Source: Curvularia clavata
Taxonomy: Eukaryota
DNA: 64,000 nucleotides
NCBI GenBank assembly: GCA_023920165.1
Contig: CP089275.1
Coordinates: 4,030,001 to 4,094,000, forward strand
Direction: 5' to 3'
Positions 27,732 through 40,156 of the stretch are shown here, in pieces (position 1 is the stretch's first letter; each line of letters begins with the position of its first letter). The notes beneath the pieces were generated by a model that worked only from the letters and a program-made list of their open reading frames with translations, searched no databases and was not told where the DNA came from. The position numbers were made by a program, and so were the translations under genes.

Positions 27732-28171
27732 ATGCCACCACATCCTCGAGTAGCGGATCCAGAGATGAAGCGCGACATGCAAGCGCAACGCAGACCTACT
27801 CTTCCATCTGCGAAAGTAAACCGCCGAGTTCAGGATACCTATACAGCGTATGATGATTTTCCATGGGAAAAGATTGAAGAGTACCTGAAAAGTAAATGGC
27901 CAAATTGGGATTTCAAGGCGGAGGAGGTATGTCACGCTTGCGGTGTATAAGACACGCGACTAATACTTCGACCAGTTCAATGGCAACTGGCTGTTCGAAG
28001 TGCCAGAAAAGCTGACAGAGGCCAGTCCGGTGCACTGTTCTCGCGATTACGTGGCTAACTATGTTTCAGGGTGACCGGAGGGAGCTGAGGAATCGAAGAG
28101 ATGCGCCTAAACGAACAAGGAGGCTGTCGATTTCACCGGAGCCAGAGCCAGACCCAGCGTCATTCTCGTAG
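27732..28171 (+). CDS. Small hypothetical protein (113 aa, 3 exons)
   Basis: Exons 27732-27926, 27976-28020 and 28070-28171 join in frame: ..FPWEKIEEYLKSKWPNWDFKAEE|FNGNWLFEVPEKLTE|GDRRELRN... Intron 1 is GTATGT..CTAAT..CAG and intron 2 is GCCAGT..GCTAAC..CAG. Confidence 0.7.
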
Positions 28172-28454
28172 TATCATTCGCGAAACTGGGCGCATGGCTA
28201 TCGGCAGATCGTGTACATGTGATGCAGCCCCTTACACCCTGTATTAGATGATGCCTTGCTGCCAGTGAAGCCGCCACTGGTGGGGGCGGAGTATTCGCAT
28301 TGCCGCGGAACGCCTACCCGCCCATCCAGCGAGGCGCAGCAAATCTGCCTCGAGACTTTCGTTAGATATTGTGCTGCTTGAAATATCATGTCCTTCGTTC
28401 ACTTCGTTCAGTTGACATTCAAAGTTCAACGTCGCTGCTTCTCTAGTATTGAGC

Positions 28455-30442
28455 ATGGAAATGTTGTACACATTACCAGTCGAGCTGCAGAAGTCTTATC
28501 TTGACCACGCCAACTATCCAGAAAACCTGATCCCTAGTGGAATAGCCACATACAATTCAAAGCTTCTTTCATACAAGAGACGCCTTGATGATGCCGAATC
28601 AGACCTTTGTCTGGATCCTAACAAGGACAATGTTGAAAGAGACTTCGAAATTCCCATGATTGACTTAGGCATCAGTGATGGTAAAGGTAAGAAGCCTCCC
28701 CAATCACTCCCAAAAATGCTAAAGTCTCTAGGGCGAGATAAAAGAAACATACACACTCCAGCAATACTCACGGAATGGCTCGGTGTCACGACTGCAAAAG
28801 ATGCGGGCGACCCAACCGCGCAGCCGCTTATGACACGAAAGAAAGATCCAAAATGCCGGTTCATGTAGGACCAACCTCAGTTTTGCAATGTCCCACGCTA
28901 ATCGCATAGATATCTGTATGGACAACACTCGCGTGACCAACTGAAAATAACTCGCAAGAGCCTTTGCCAAATCCTGTCTTATCATCAGGTTATGCCCGTA
29001 TACCTAGACTTCATGCTAGTCTTTGGCGGCCAGACTGATGCTAGGGATCCTCGTTTCAGCGGGTTTCGAAAGCAGATACGCCTCAAGGATCCATCAAAGG
29101 GACATGCAGCACCTGAGTTGGGTCGCAGCGGCAAGCTGTTTCAAATCTGCTACAATTTGAAGGGGGTACAGTTCAAGAAACAGAGTGATGAAAACATCAA
29201 ACTGGATGAATGGTCGATTCGCGATGCTGCAATATACCATCAATTTGATGTGGAATGCGGAACTACTCTTTGGATCGTCACCAAAGGAGGAACGGACATT
29301 TTAGATCGTTTCAAAGAACTCATCGGACCAGCCGGCCGACAAGAGGATAGGGAGTACCACGACGCCACGACTTGCTTCCGGGCCACACTTGTGACGCATT
29401 TGCTTTATTGTCATTGGTCGACAGAAGATTGGAGATGGTATATAGTGTGGCTGGAGAGTGTGATTGAACAAGAAGTAAGTGTTCTTACCCGCCGGCATAC
29501 ACAGGCTGACGTCGAGGCGTTCAGAGTGGAATGGCCGTGAATGGACTTCGTGGTGCGGGATACGCTCACAAGATTTACCAACCGTGGGACATACAGGATT
29601 TACAGCATTGGCAAGACCAAACCAATGCGACCGTCATGGTCTTGGAGTCTAATGCTAAGATTGTGAGGACACTACGCAACTTCTATGAGAACTTGGTCGC
29701 TCGGGACGATTTCCCAAATACGTTGAGAAAAGCATCCGAGGATCATATTTATGCTTTCTTTTCCCAGTTGGACGAGATCATAGGTGACTTCGACATGCAA
29801 ATAACCCGAGCAAAACTTTTGGCAAAGATAATTAGCGACAGAAAAGAGCTGGTATTGCAGCATCTGCAAAGTCAAGCTTCAGAGCGAACTGAACAACTGA
29901 ATAAAAATCTTGAGCGCGAAGCTATCCTCATGCGCATCGTCACGCTCGTCACGCTACTCTACCTACCAGCAACATTCGTATCGGTAGGTTTAGACATACT
30001 TTTCTGTGGCTCTCGTTCTGACCTTTTATAGACCTTCTTCAGCACTGACGTTGTCAAATACCAAGACCAAAACCAAAGTGCTACCGGAGACGAAAAAGCC
30101 TCTTTCTCTAGCCTTGCTTTGAAGCGCTGGCTCCAAGTCACTATACCTCTGACGTTTCTAACTTTGTTCGGGGCTTGGTTAACGTACCGTGTTTGCCAGA
30201 GTACCATGGGACAATGGAAGCTTTTTGAGAGTCTGAAGCGCATTGTGCCTGGGCTGGCGTCACCCAGGGCCGTTTCCCTCACATCGAGAACGGCCCAGGG
30301 TGATGCTGCTACAAAAACCTGGAAATACGCTATTGGCCGCCTAGTACATTCGACCAAGAAGCTTGCTAGAAATATGCACCGGTTGCGTAGTGATCGCCCT
30401 GTTTTGCCCATTAATGAGGAATATGTATTGCGAACAGGCTGA
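28455..30442 (+). CDS. Fungal CorA-like protein (large soluble domain plus two C-terminal TM helices)
   Basis: Four exons join without stops: CRFI|YLYGQHSRDQLKITRKSLCQILSYHQVMPVYLDF, WSIRDAAIYHQFD, long helical stalk, TM1 MRIVTLVTLLYLPATFVS|TFFSTD, TM2 WLQVTIPLTFLTLFGAWL. Confidence 0.85.
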
Positions 30443-31244
30443 GGATGAGGCCGGGCATCAACTCTCTTAATCGAAATGTTGCATTCGACTATTGTCATAA
30501 GACTTCGGCACCTCCTCTTTTCGTCCAATTCATGTAGAACGATACCAGTATAGGGCTTACATTGTCATCGGAAGGCTCCTGAGATCCGGCGTAACTTCCC
30601 AGCCAAATTTCGAAGCTGACAAAACCGGAGGAAGAAGCCAATCTTGAAGTTACTGAGTGGGATTAGTGGCGCTTAGCGAAGAGGTGTTCATCTACTCAGC
30701 CCGGTCGGATCAGCCTTGAGAATCGATAGCGCATACCATGCACCCCCGTAACAATACCGCACTTTGCCATTACAAAATGAGTAAGAAGCTTGAATGTACC
30801 CTCATTTTGGTTTTTCTCGTTTGTCTTCCCTCGACCATAGACTTTTTTCGGTGAACAGAACGTGGTGGCGGAGCAAAAGCTCAGCCTTGTTGCCTTGCTA
30901 AGGGTGTCAGCTTGCTGCAGCCACAAAGTCCTCCAAACATCTATTGGTGCAATATACATTTCGGGCCCATTTCCAGCCGCACACATCCTAATCGATAGGG
31001 CTCGCATAACTATCCGTCCCACCTAAAACACTGAAGCTTTACGGCCGTTACTTGCAACTTTCATCTCATCACCTCCTACAGGCTCATTGCCACGCGTATC
31101 TTTTGCACAATCAGCCCGAATACCTCGAGTCTGTCGCACTGTGTATATTCCAAATTTGGCGCATCGAGCGCTAGTTCAGCCTCTACTCACTCACTGTTTC
31201 ATGACGCCATCTCTAGCCTGATCGCTGGTTGGTACCACGTCAGA

Positions 31245-34200
31245 ATGCATTCCCAATCTCAAGAGCAAAGTCATCGCCCCTATATCGAAGATGAATTCAG
31301 AAAACAATTGGATTCAAAATGGACCCGTCGAGTCGCATGTCAGAACGAATGCAGACCCCCAGAATCGTGCAGCTGCCAGCGCACAATTGTCCACGTGAAA
31401 GCGATCGAAAAATGGTGGAGTGAACAACTCGCTGAGAGCCCTGGCCAGACTAGAGGGCATATATTCTTGGACGAAATGCCCTCTGCTTCTCATAGGACTT
31501 TCCCGCCTGCATATCAAGACATTTTTAGTGGCGAAGGATGCTGCGTTCGCGTTCTCAGCCTGCTTCTCCAGCAAGGTCGTGACCATCTTATTGATCTTTT
31601 TCAGTACGGCACTATGCACGACAAGTACCTTATGCGCGGTGGAAACCATCAAGTCCTTCGCGAGATCCTACTCAAAAAAGTGAGGCGAGAAGATGTGGAC
31701 ACTATTGTCAGGGATTTTGACAGAGACAAATGGGCATACTGTCCAATGGAGCTGACTCTAGGCATGACCTTCAATGCACACGGAACGAAGGTCATACCAC
31801 CATTTTGTCTGAAGATAAGACTTCCGGATAAGGGGGGCACTGCATCTATATATTGGGTAGCTGTGCAAAAGGACCTGATCTCGGACGATGCGCTCGCACG
31901 TACGTTACGCGACTCGCTTTACCATGATGAAGATTTCGGAGAAGTAAGTTCCATCATCAATATTTCTTCCTCACTCACTAACCGGAAATCAGTGCTATCA
32001 AATGATTCTTAAGTCCTACGCCGGGGACAAAGAAAGCGTTTTCGACCTGGAAAAGCAAGCCTTTACAGGCCTCAACTCGAAGAAGGACGTGCCAATATTG
32101 CAATACTTAGGCTCCTACACTCATGACTATGGTGAAGGAGGGCATATGGGAAAGACTTACAACATATTGTTAGAGTATGGTGAGAACGACCTCTACCAGG
32201 CATGGGCAGATGAGACGAATGTTCCTCCTGTACGAGCTCAAGAGATCCTCCGAACATGGAACTCACTTTTCGAGATTGCCAAAGCGATTCGACACGTACA
32301 TCATCTCGAAGTCCCACGAGGCGGTGGAAGCGAGCCCCGAAGATTTCATGGGTATGTACGCTTAGGACACTTTTGCAGCTCACAACTAATGACAAAAAGC
32401 TGGCATGCAGACATCAAGCCAGATAATATCCTCAGTATACGCGGACAACTGAAATTATCAGACTTTGGTTTCTCAAGCTTCGCCCCAGTCATCAAAGGAA
32501 ACGCTCGCTCAGTCCCGACAGAACTCATAAGGGGGTTCACTGATACGTACGGTAAGTGCATAAGCGGGAAATAGTTCTGGAGATTTTGCTAAGAACTGCA
32601 AGGCGCACCTGAAGTATTCCGTATGAAAAAAGCAGATGGAACACTTTCGGGTGTTACACAAGCAATTGACATATGGTCGTTCGGTTGTGTGCTATCAGTC
32701 GCCGCAACGTGGATCGTCTTGGGATTCCAAGGAATACGCCAATACGAGCAGCTCCGACAGCTTGCTACCTCCAATTGCCAGAGTGGAAGAAAACATGACC
32801 GATTTCACGACGGTACAAAAGCTCTTGAGGAGATAAGGCAATGGCACGATTATCTTCGGGGACATCTGCGCCCTTCGGATACCACAACCGAACAAGTGTT
32901 GACCCTGATAGAGAACCACCTACTCCAGGAACAACCATCTAAAAGACCAGATTCTGAGGAGCTCTGCACAAGGTTACAGAAATTATTCAAAGGGGCACAG
33001 CGTGACATCCAAGATCTTCCGCATCACTCAAGGGAGACTGATGCGGCAGTGCTCATGGCACTTTCCAAGATAGAAGAAAGAGCTCACAGCCAGAGATCTC
33101 TAGAAGCAAAAACGAACCCAGCACTTCTACCGCAACCAATAATGCCGACTGGTGCTAGTCAGGTCAATCCTCGGAAGTGGGCGTCGATGCAGTTTCAGAA
33201 GGATAATATGATCAACTGCAAGCCTTTAGGCCAGACGCCATATCGAAAGGAGATCCTGAGACAAGAATTGGGAGAGAACACTCTCGGTCTTCGCGGCAAT
33301 GGCGAAAGTGCCAACCAAGAAAGTCATAATGGCGACTTTACACAGAGCCCCACACACAGCACCTCCATCCGAGGGTTCCAGATCCTTAGTCCTCAATCGA
33401 CGCCTGTGAAAACTCAGTTTCGAGGAACCCACCAACAAGAGCACGACGGGCAGTATCATGCAGTACAGAATGAAATTGGTGAACAAATCGCTACTCCAAA
33501 GACGCCAACATTACAACAACGCCATAATATATCTCAAGATGAAGATCAGTCAGTCCGGATGACATCCTCTAACTCTTACCGCACGCCATATTCACGTAAG
33601 CCGGGGGATGCAATGGAAAGTAAGCCTGATGTGACATTCAAAGGGCTTCCACCCGGTTCTTCGCAGATCACATCCAATGCACGCTTGCCGCAGATTACAA
33701 CACAGCTCATTCCTTTGTCACCTCCGTACACACCCAGGACCCATATCACGCCACCAGAGCAGTCATCTATAGAACCTCAAGCCCGAAGTGACGATAATTC
33801 GCAGGGCAGCATTCCAGAACTGGCCAGTCCCAGCTCCAAAGATTCCTTCTATGGTGGTAAACAAGTCTACGACACAGCTAGTCGTGCGGAGCTTCATCCA
33901 GACGTCAGTCCAACATCCAATCCAACATCTCTGTTCAGACCTTTCAACTCTTCTAAAGAGAGAGAGAACATTCAGGCAAATTATTCGGGCACGCACGTTC
34001 AATTAGAGCAGGCCGCTGAAATTCAAGGCTCAGCTACGTCGCATGATTCGCGACATATGGAACAAGGACTTCCGCCATTGGTGTTGGACTTACCATACAG
34101 CATCTGCCAAAAACGGAAGAAACTCGACCAAGAAAAGCCAGGGAAAATTGGGAGGTTGAGGAACATGGTGACAGGTAGGGAGGATAGAAGACCAGATCCC

Positions 34201-35142
34201 AACCTGAGGGATATGTCCAATGACTGTCGTGAACTAGTAAGAGCACTTGAGGCCTCTTCAATCCCAGTGGCTAACAAATGGAAGGTGTTCATCATCGATA
34301 ACGGTTGGACAATGTTCGAACACTGGCCCATTGTAACTTTCGTTGTTGAAACGCTTGCAATGAATGCTGCAGGTATCGACAAAAGCGGGATCGATCTGCG
34401 ATTTACGGTGGACGGGAACAGCCACAACAAGGATGACATCGTCGGAGACACTGGGCGGAAACTATTGAGAAAACATCTGAAAGAGGCTTGGCCCGAGCGC
34501 AGGCAGAAAGATGATGTAACAACCGATATGGTTGCGGTTTTCCAACGGGTATACCAAGAATGGAAAAACAAGGACAAACCAGCCACAACGCTCTATGTCT
34601 TCACTGATGGAAAATGGGCCAAGGAGAACTCAACAACCCTCAACGAAAGCATTCTCAAATTTGCCAAACAAGACCGCAGGGTAACAGGCAAGCGCCACTT
34701 TAGTATCCAGCTCATCCGCTTTGGCGACGACGAGACAGACAAGAAACAACTACAATGGCTCGATGATAACCTCTGGTCAAGCCTCGATCTCCGCGACATC
34801 ATTGACCACTGCTCATGGCGCGCAAGTGTCGACAAGATTTTCAAGGGAAGCATAGAACCTTCCCACGACGAGAAAAACAACGAGGAACTCCCCATTCTGT
34901 ATAACTACAAGGAGCTAGTGGAGAAGTTCAACGCATTCAATATGGGCGAAGAAACCCAGGAACACGGGAATCAAGATACAGGACTTTTATACCCTTCCTC
35001 GCCTTCAATGCTGTATCGTAGCTCTTCCCAACATTCCGGTCGCTCATTCACATCCGCGCCAAGGAAACGAGACACTGCACCTCCTGAGACTCCGAAAAGC
35101 TATTCTAAGCGCTTCTCGCGGTCGTCTCTGTTTCCTTCATGA
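31245..35142 (+). CDS. Ser/Thr protein kinase with C-terminal vWA-like domain
   Basis: Spliced kinase motifs KGGTASIY, MILKSY, ILLEYG, WHADIKPDNIL, LSDFG, YGAPE, DIWSFGCV. A S/P/Q-rich linker leads to a vWA-like domain (VFIIDNGWTM, LYVFTDGKW, FSIQLIRFGDD). Introns at 31944-31992, ~32352-32399, ~32552-32602 and a probable in-frame one at ~34237-34284. Confidence 0.92.
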
Positions 35143-35209
35143 TTATTTGTTTTCTTTTTCATTGTCGTTTTATTTTAGTACAGGCAGTTCCCAGACACAT
35201 ACTGCTGCG

Positions 35210-35602
35210 CTACCTTTTTTCTTTCCTTCTCATTCCAGCAACGACATCCAGGCCAAGACGCTTGTTTCTTTCGACGACCCGCTTCCATGTATCTCCTTTT
35301 GGTGTTTCTCTTACAATTATCACGTTTGTAGCACGATACCCATGGGACCGGTGTTTGTACTTCTCATTATAATGATCCCATTTCCAATACCTGTAGTTCA
35401 TTGTTCTCGTCAATATTGCAACGAATGCGCTTTTCGTGTCAACATTAGATTTAAGTGGCGGCACTGCTATATTGAAGTCGCTGTACCATTCCAGACCCTC
35501 CAACTTCATAGTTGCAAGCATATCTTCTCTTGAAAATGGAGGCCGGGTGGTAAGACGAGGGAGAGGTTTTCGTGCCTGCACAAGTACGGAAACCAAAGCC
35601 AT
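35210..35602 (-). CDS. Possible small hypothetical protein (130 aa)
   Basis: ATG-started ORF filling the gap between the kinase-vWA and HTD2-like genes, with protein-like aromatic-rich composition. No recognised domain. Confidence 0.35.
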   Translation of the reverse strand: MALVSVLVQARKPLPRLTTRPPFSREDMLATMKLEGLEWYSDFNIAVPPLKSNVDTKSAFVAILTRTMNYRYWKWDHYNEKYKHRSHGYRATNVIIVRETPKGDTWKRVVERNKRLGLDVVAGMRRKEKR

Positions 35603-35786
35603 AATATTCTAGTCATAGCAGAGAGATGTTTATATTCATTTGTCCCTTTTGATATTTATTCTTTTCCTCTACACCATTTGACTGCTCTCTCAGTCACACA
35701 GTTTTTCTCATCATCGGTTAATATACACGTCGACATAGTCTTACACGAATAGAACCACCAGTGTGGATCAGTTAACCTCAGCGATA

Positions 35787-37699
35787 TTACGAAATCCTTC
35801 GTCTTATACGCCAACGAGCCAGGCTCTCACCTTCATACCTAATCCTCGGTTTCTCGATCTTCATCACGCCTTCTCTCAAGAATCGGCTGCGTCGTAAGGC
35901 CTTCTGTGCTGGGTTGGGTACATAAGGCGATGCAGCATATCTGCGCACAAGCGGCAGCGACCTTCTAGGACCAGCAGGCAAAGTTTCACGTAAGAGGCGA
36001 CGTAACAATTGTTTTGTTCCGTATGACAAGACTGGTTTTGCTGGTACGAAAGATTGGACGGTGCGAAGGGGTGGCGCGGCTTTGGTGGGGAGAGCGATGA
36101 ATTGGTGGCTTCTGAGTCGAGTGAACCTATTGTGGCGATACGTCCGTTTGGTTGCAGGCATCAAGGATGCGTTGGCTTCTCTATAGGATTGCTGAGAAGT
36201 CGTTTCAGCGAAGGAAGCTTTCGTGGATCTCTCACCTTCGGACTGAGCTGGAAGACTAGATACCAAGATTGCACTAGGGCCTGAGGTTGGTGCTGGATCA
36301 CTCGCAGCATGCCCATTCATAAGCTTGGTTTTGTCGGAGATTGAATTGAGCTTCTGGGAAGCAGACTGTTCTACGTTGTCTTTGCGGGAAGCTTCTGTTC
36401 GTGCGCCGCTTCTTGTGAAAGCCTTATTCGATATCGGGGTCCCATCTGATACATTTGTAGAGGGAGAGGTGGGTGTCGGTTTCTGTTTGGAGGTGTAGAC
36501 AGTGCCTTTGACAGCAACACCGCCTGTTGGGCCCTCAATCCATACATCATAGATGCTTCCGTTATCCAGCGTCTTCTTTTCCATTCCGCAGATGCGCATT
36601 TCCTCGTCGCAGTACAACGGAGCGAGATTTCGATACTCAATGGACTCCAGGACCTGCTCTCCGTTGGTGTGTACGTCCAGATGATGTTTCATGACTTGCA
36701 GCATGAGCGTTAGGGATAGCGGCCCATGTACCAGGAGGTTGCGATGACCCTCAACATTACGGGCGTAGCCTGTATCTAGGTGGATCAAATGGGCGTTAAA
36801 AGTAAGAGCAGAAAATCGGAATAGCAGTGCACGGTTGGGAGTAAGAGTATGGGAGAAGTGGGGATTACCAGGAGCTATAGGCAGTTAGCAAGCAGCTCGA
36901 GCAGTAGATCGAATCACGCACGATTTAAGTACTTGATGGCAGCCATGTGACCCGCCTTTATAGCCTCCAGTTCGGCCGGGCTACGCTCCTTGAAGAAGAC
37001 CAAGTTGCGTTCCTCTTTGAGAACAGCACTGCCCCAAGGATCATCACTACGCATTTGGTCCTCGAAGTAGGCTTGGATTCTCCGCAAACCACTAGCCCTG
37101 CCCAATGAGCCACGATGAATCCTGTAGCTTTCTTTTAGGGTATCGACCCTCGCAAAGCGGCGTTCAATAGTGACAAAGATCTTGGCTGTATCGCCCTGTC
37201 CATGTAGTCGGACATGCTTGATGTGCTCAGCGCCAGCCATGGGCGTATCTACAGCGAAACCCCGATTTTTGTCGAAGTAATCGCCAGGCTTCACCTGAAT
37301 CGAACCACCTGCCCACATGCGCCGAACCCAAGGCCCGCCTGGAGACTGGGATGCATCTGTTCCATCAGGAAGTAGGTCGCAGGTTGGTAGCGATGGATTG
37401 AACCAAATCAGGTGATGACCAAAAGGCACTATAGGATTTCTCACGCCTGGTGGATGGCAGTACTCTCGGGGTAGGAAGCCGGTCAGCGTCTGCGCAAGCT
37501 TGTATTCGTGCGGAACGGTCAAGTGCTCAGGCAGATGGGTCACGCCCCGCTGCAGCATCTGGGTACGCAGCTGCTGAAACCATGGCGGGTCGTCGGAATC
37601 TGTTGCTGAGGCATACCCGCGCAGTGGCGTGCCTCGCCGATGTATGCGGTGTGGCAGGGCCCAGCCGGCTCGTCGTGTGCAAGGCGTGGAGCGCAGCAT
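35787..37699 (-). CDS. HTD2-like / mesaconyl-C4-CoA hydratase-like hotdog-fold dehydratase (mitochondrial)
   Basis: Arg-rich presequence, HHLIWFNP..LLPDGTD..SPGGPWVRRMWAGGS, LLFRFSALTFNAHLIHLD..YAR.VEGHRNLLVHGPL, YRNLAPLY; one intron ~36876-36918; long basic C-terminal tail. Confidence 0.88.
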
Positions 37700-38474
37700 G
37701 GGGAGAAACTTTTGTGAGTGTGCTTCATCAGACTCTGAAGGTGCATGGGCTGTTCTTGGCAGGCCAATGACGTATTCGGACCATAGCATTTCCCCTGCAT
37801 ATGTACAAGAACCGTAATTTCCTCTCAAAATAACATGCACCCATCTTTGTCACGGCGGCTCACTGATGTCTAGCCATTGAATGTACCACAACCTCGTGCT
37901 GCAGACATGGCATTGCCGTGTCACCACAGCCCATCGTTGTGGAGGCACCCCGCCAGTACCTCACATTACGAAGGCGGAGTATGTCCCTTCACTGCGTCCC
38001 TTCACTTGGGATGCTTTGGGACACGACAGTGAGAGAACCAGCTCCGGTCCATCTTCTTTCGTGTGCACTTTATATTTCCTTTCCTAAGATGACGGGTCTT
38101 GGCGCGCCTGGCTGATTGGCTGTGCTGGCAGCAACGGGCGTTCGTACCTTCACCGCATTCTTGCAACTGACCGCGGTATCTTCCCAAAACATCATCTCCC
38201 TCACTTGGGCTTCTCTTCAGTATTTGTGACGCCTGCCGGATCTCCAGGTTCTGCTTCCTATTTACACACAAGATGCGTTTGTCATGCTAAACCCTACAAG
38301 CACACAGCAATCGCGACGCGGTGGTGTCATCTGGACACGCACAAAGTGACGGGTTTCCCTGACTGCTGCGGTCGAGCAATCTAAACACATCGCTTGTTGC
38401 ATAACTTCTGGTCTATTTGGATCTTGCGGAATACATTGTAACCCAGATGCCACTTGCATAGGTGCAACAGCAAC

Positions 38475-40156
38475 ATGGAGCGCCTCGAGTGTCCCCTATG
38501 CGACTTCACCATCGCTGAAAAAGACCACTACTTCCTCCAACTACACTTTGAGCAAGTGCATACTACGGATTCCCCTTTCATTATACAAGATGATCCGGAG
38601 CCGCTACCGCCTTCGTTGCCACACAGGCCTGCGCCGAAAAGCAGCAACGAAGAGGACCCCCCTTCTTCCGATGACACTTACGATTCCGAAGACTCTGAAG
38701 AAGAAGGAACCGTCAGCAGTTCCAGCTCTGACTGTGGCGAGCTCGTTTCTTCTTCTGACTGTGACGATCACATCGACCACGACGCAGAGACTTTATCATT
38801 CGACAAGAGTTCCACAAAGTATCATTCTCAAAGTTCATCCGCTGCCATGAATACTGCATCCTCCACCCATCGCTTACATACGCGCCATGATAAGAGCACG
38901 TCCGTCGAGCACAATTCCAGAGCAGACGCGCTTGTTGCCTCGGAGGAGGTCGACAAACCGAGGCATAGACCAAGGAAACGTCACCAGCGACGCAGACGGG
39001 ACACAAATGACAGCGGAAAAACTACCATCAGCAGAAGCATCGTGAATTTTAACCCCTTTTCCAAGCCCGAAAAGAAGGCCAAGCCCCCAACTAAGAGCGC
39101 CCGTCTTGGAGTAAGTCCGTCGTTGTTTAGAGCCAAGTATTCTAGCTAACGTGAATAGAAAGAAGAGCTTGGCGAGTATGCTTACGAAAAGCGCATGCCA
39201 AATTGGCTACATGATCAGCTTAGTGCTGGCCCCAAGATCACTACCGTCAACCGCATCGGAAGAGACGGTCGTCTCATCAAATATGAGCAAGTGCAGAATG
39301 AGACGCCAGGCATCATACCCATTCTTGCTCAGCTCTCCGCCCTAGACCGCACAGTCCAGCAGGCATATTACTGCCATCCTTCCACACTACATGTTGGCAA
39401 AACACCCAATGAGGGTAGTTTCTGTGGTTACCGCAACATCCACATGCTTCTCTCGTACATTCAAGGCGCAAAAGCGCAGGGCCACGAAGCATTTCCTGGT
39501 CGACTGCCAACCATTCTGAAGATTCAGGATCTAATAGAGGAAGCCTGGGACAATGGGATTAATGAGGTCGCTCGTGTTCAGACTGGTGGTATTCGCAACA
39601 CGAGAAAATATATTGGCACTCCAGAGGTATGTGCTTCCCACTGCCTTGAGAACGGTGCTGACTCGCTGCAGGCACACGCTTTCTTCGTCAATGCGGGAAT
39701 CAGTTGTGCCGTAGAAGTATTCGGGACCGACAAAGACCGCAGGATCCGGGCTTATGAAGTGCTCCTTCCTGCCATCGAGCGATACTTTGCCCGAGCAGCC
39801 GTTGACGATGGCTCCACTGTGTGCAAGACTCTACTGCCACCTATCTACCTCCAGCAGCCCGGCCACTCTCTCACTATTGTTGGGTTTGAGCGTTACTACG
39901 ATGGCACATGCAACTTGGTTGTCTTTGATCCCATGTACTCTACCCGCCCTTCCATGCATAAGTTGCTCGGACGCAAAAACATCAAAACTGCTCGACCAGA
40001 AGTTCTCTACGAATACCGACGCGGCCGGCGGAGTCTTAAGAAGTTTGATGCTTTTGAGATCCTCATGTACGTCTTTGATCCTCAATACCGAGTTCCGCAC
40101 TGATTGATTGCAGGCTCACAGCCACACCGCCTCTGTTCCCTGCTTGGGGTGTATGA
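38475..40156 (+). CDS. C2H2 zinc finger + peptidase C78 (ZUFSP/Mug105-like deubiquitinase)
   Basis: CPLC..LHFEQVH finger; catalytic motifs FCGYRNIHML, QQPGHSLTIVG, VFDP; IEEAWDNG and RKYIGTPE; three introns. Confidence 0.88.

Noticed and set aside
30696..31022. 108-aa minus-strand ORF between the CorA-like and kinase genes
   Set aside because: Non-ATG start, no motifs, and it lies in the likely kinase promoter.
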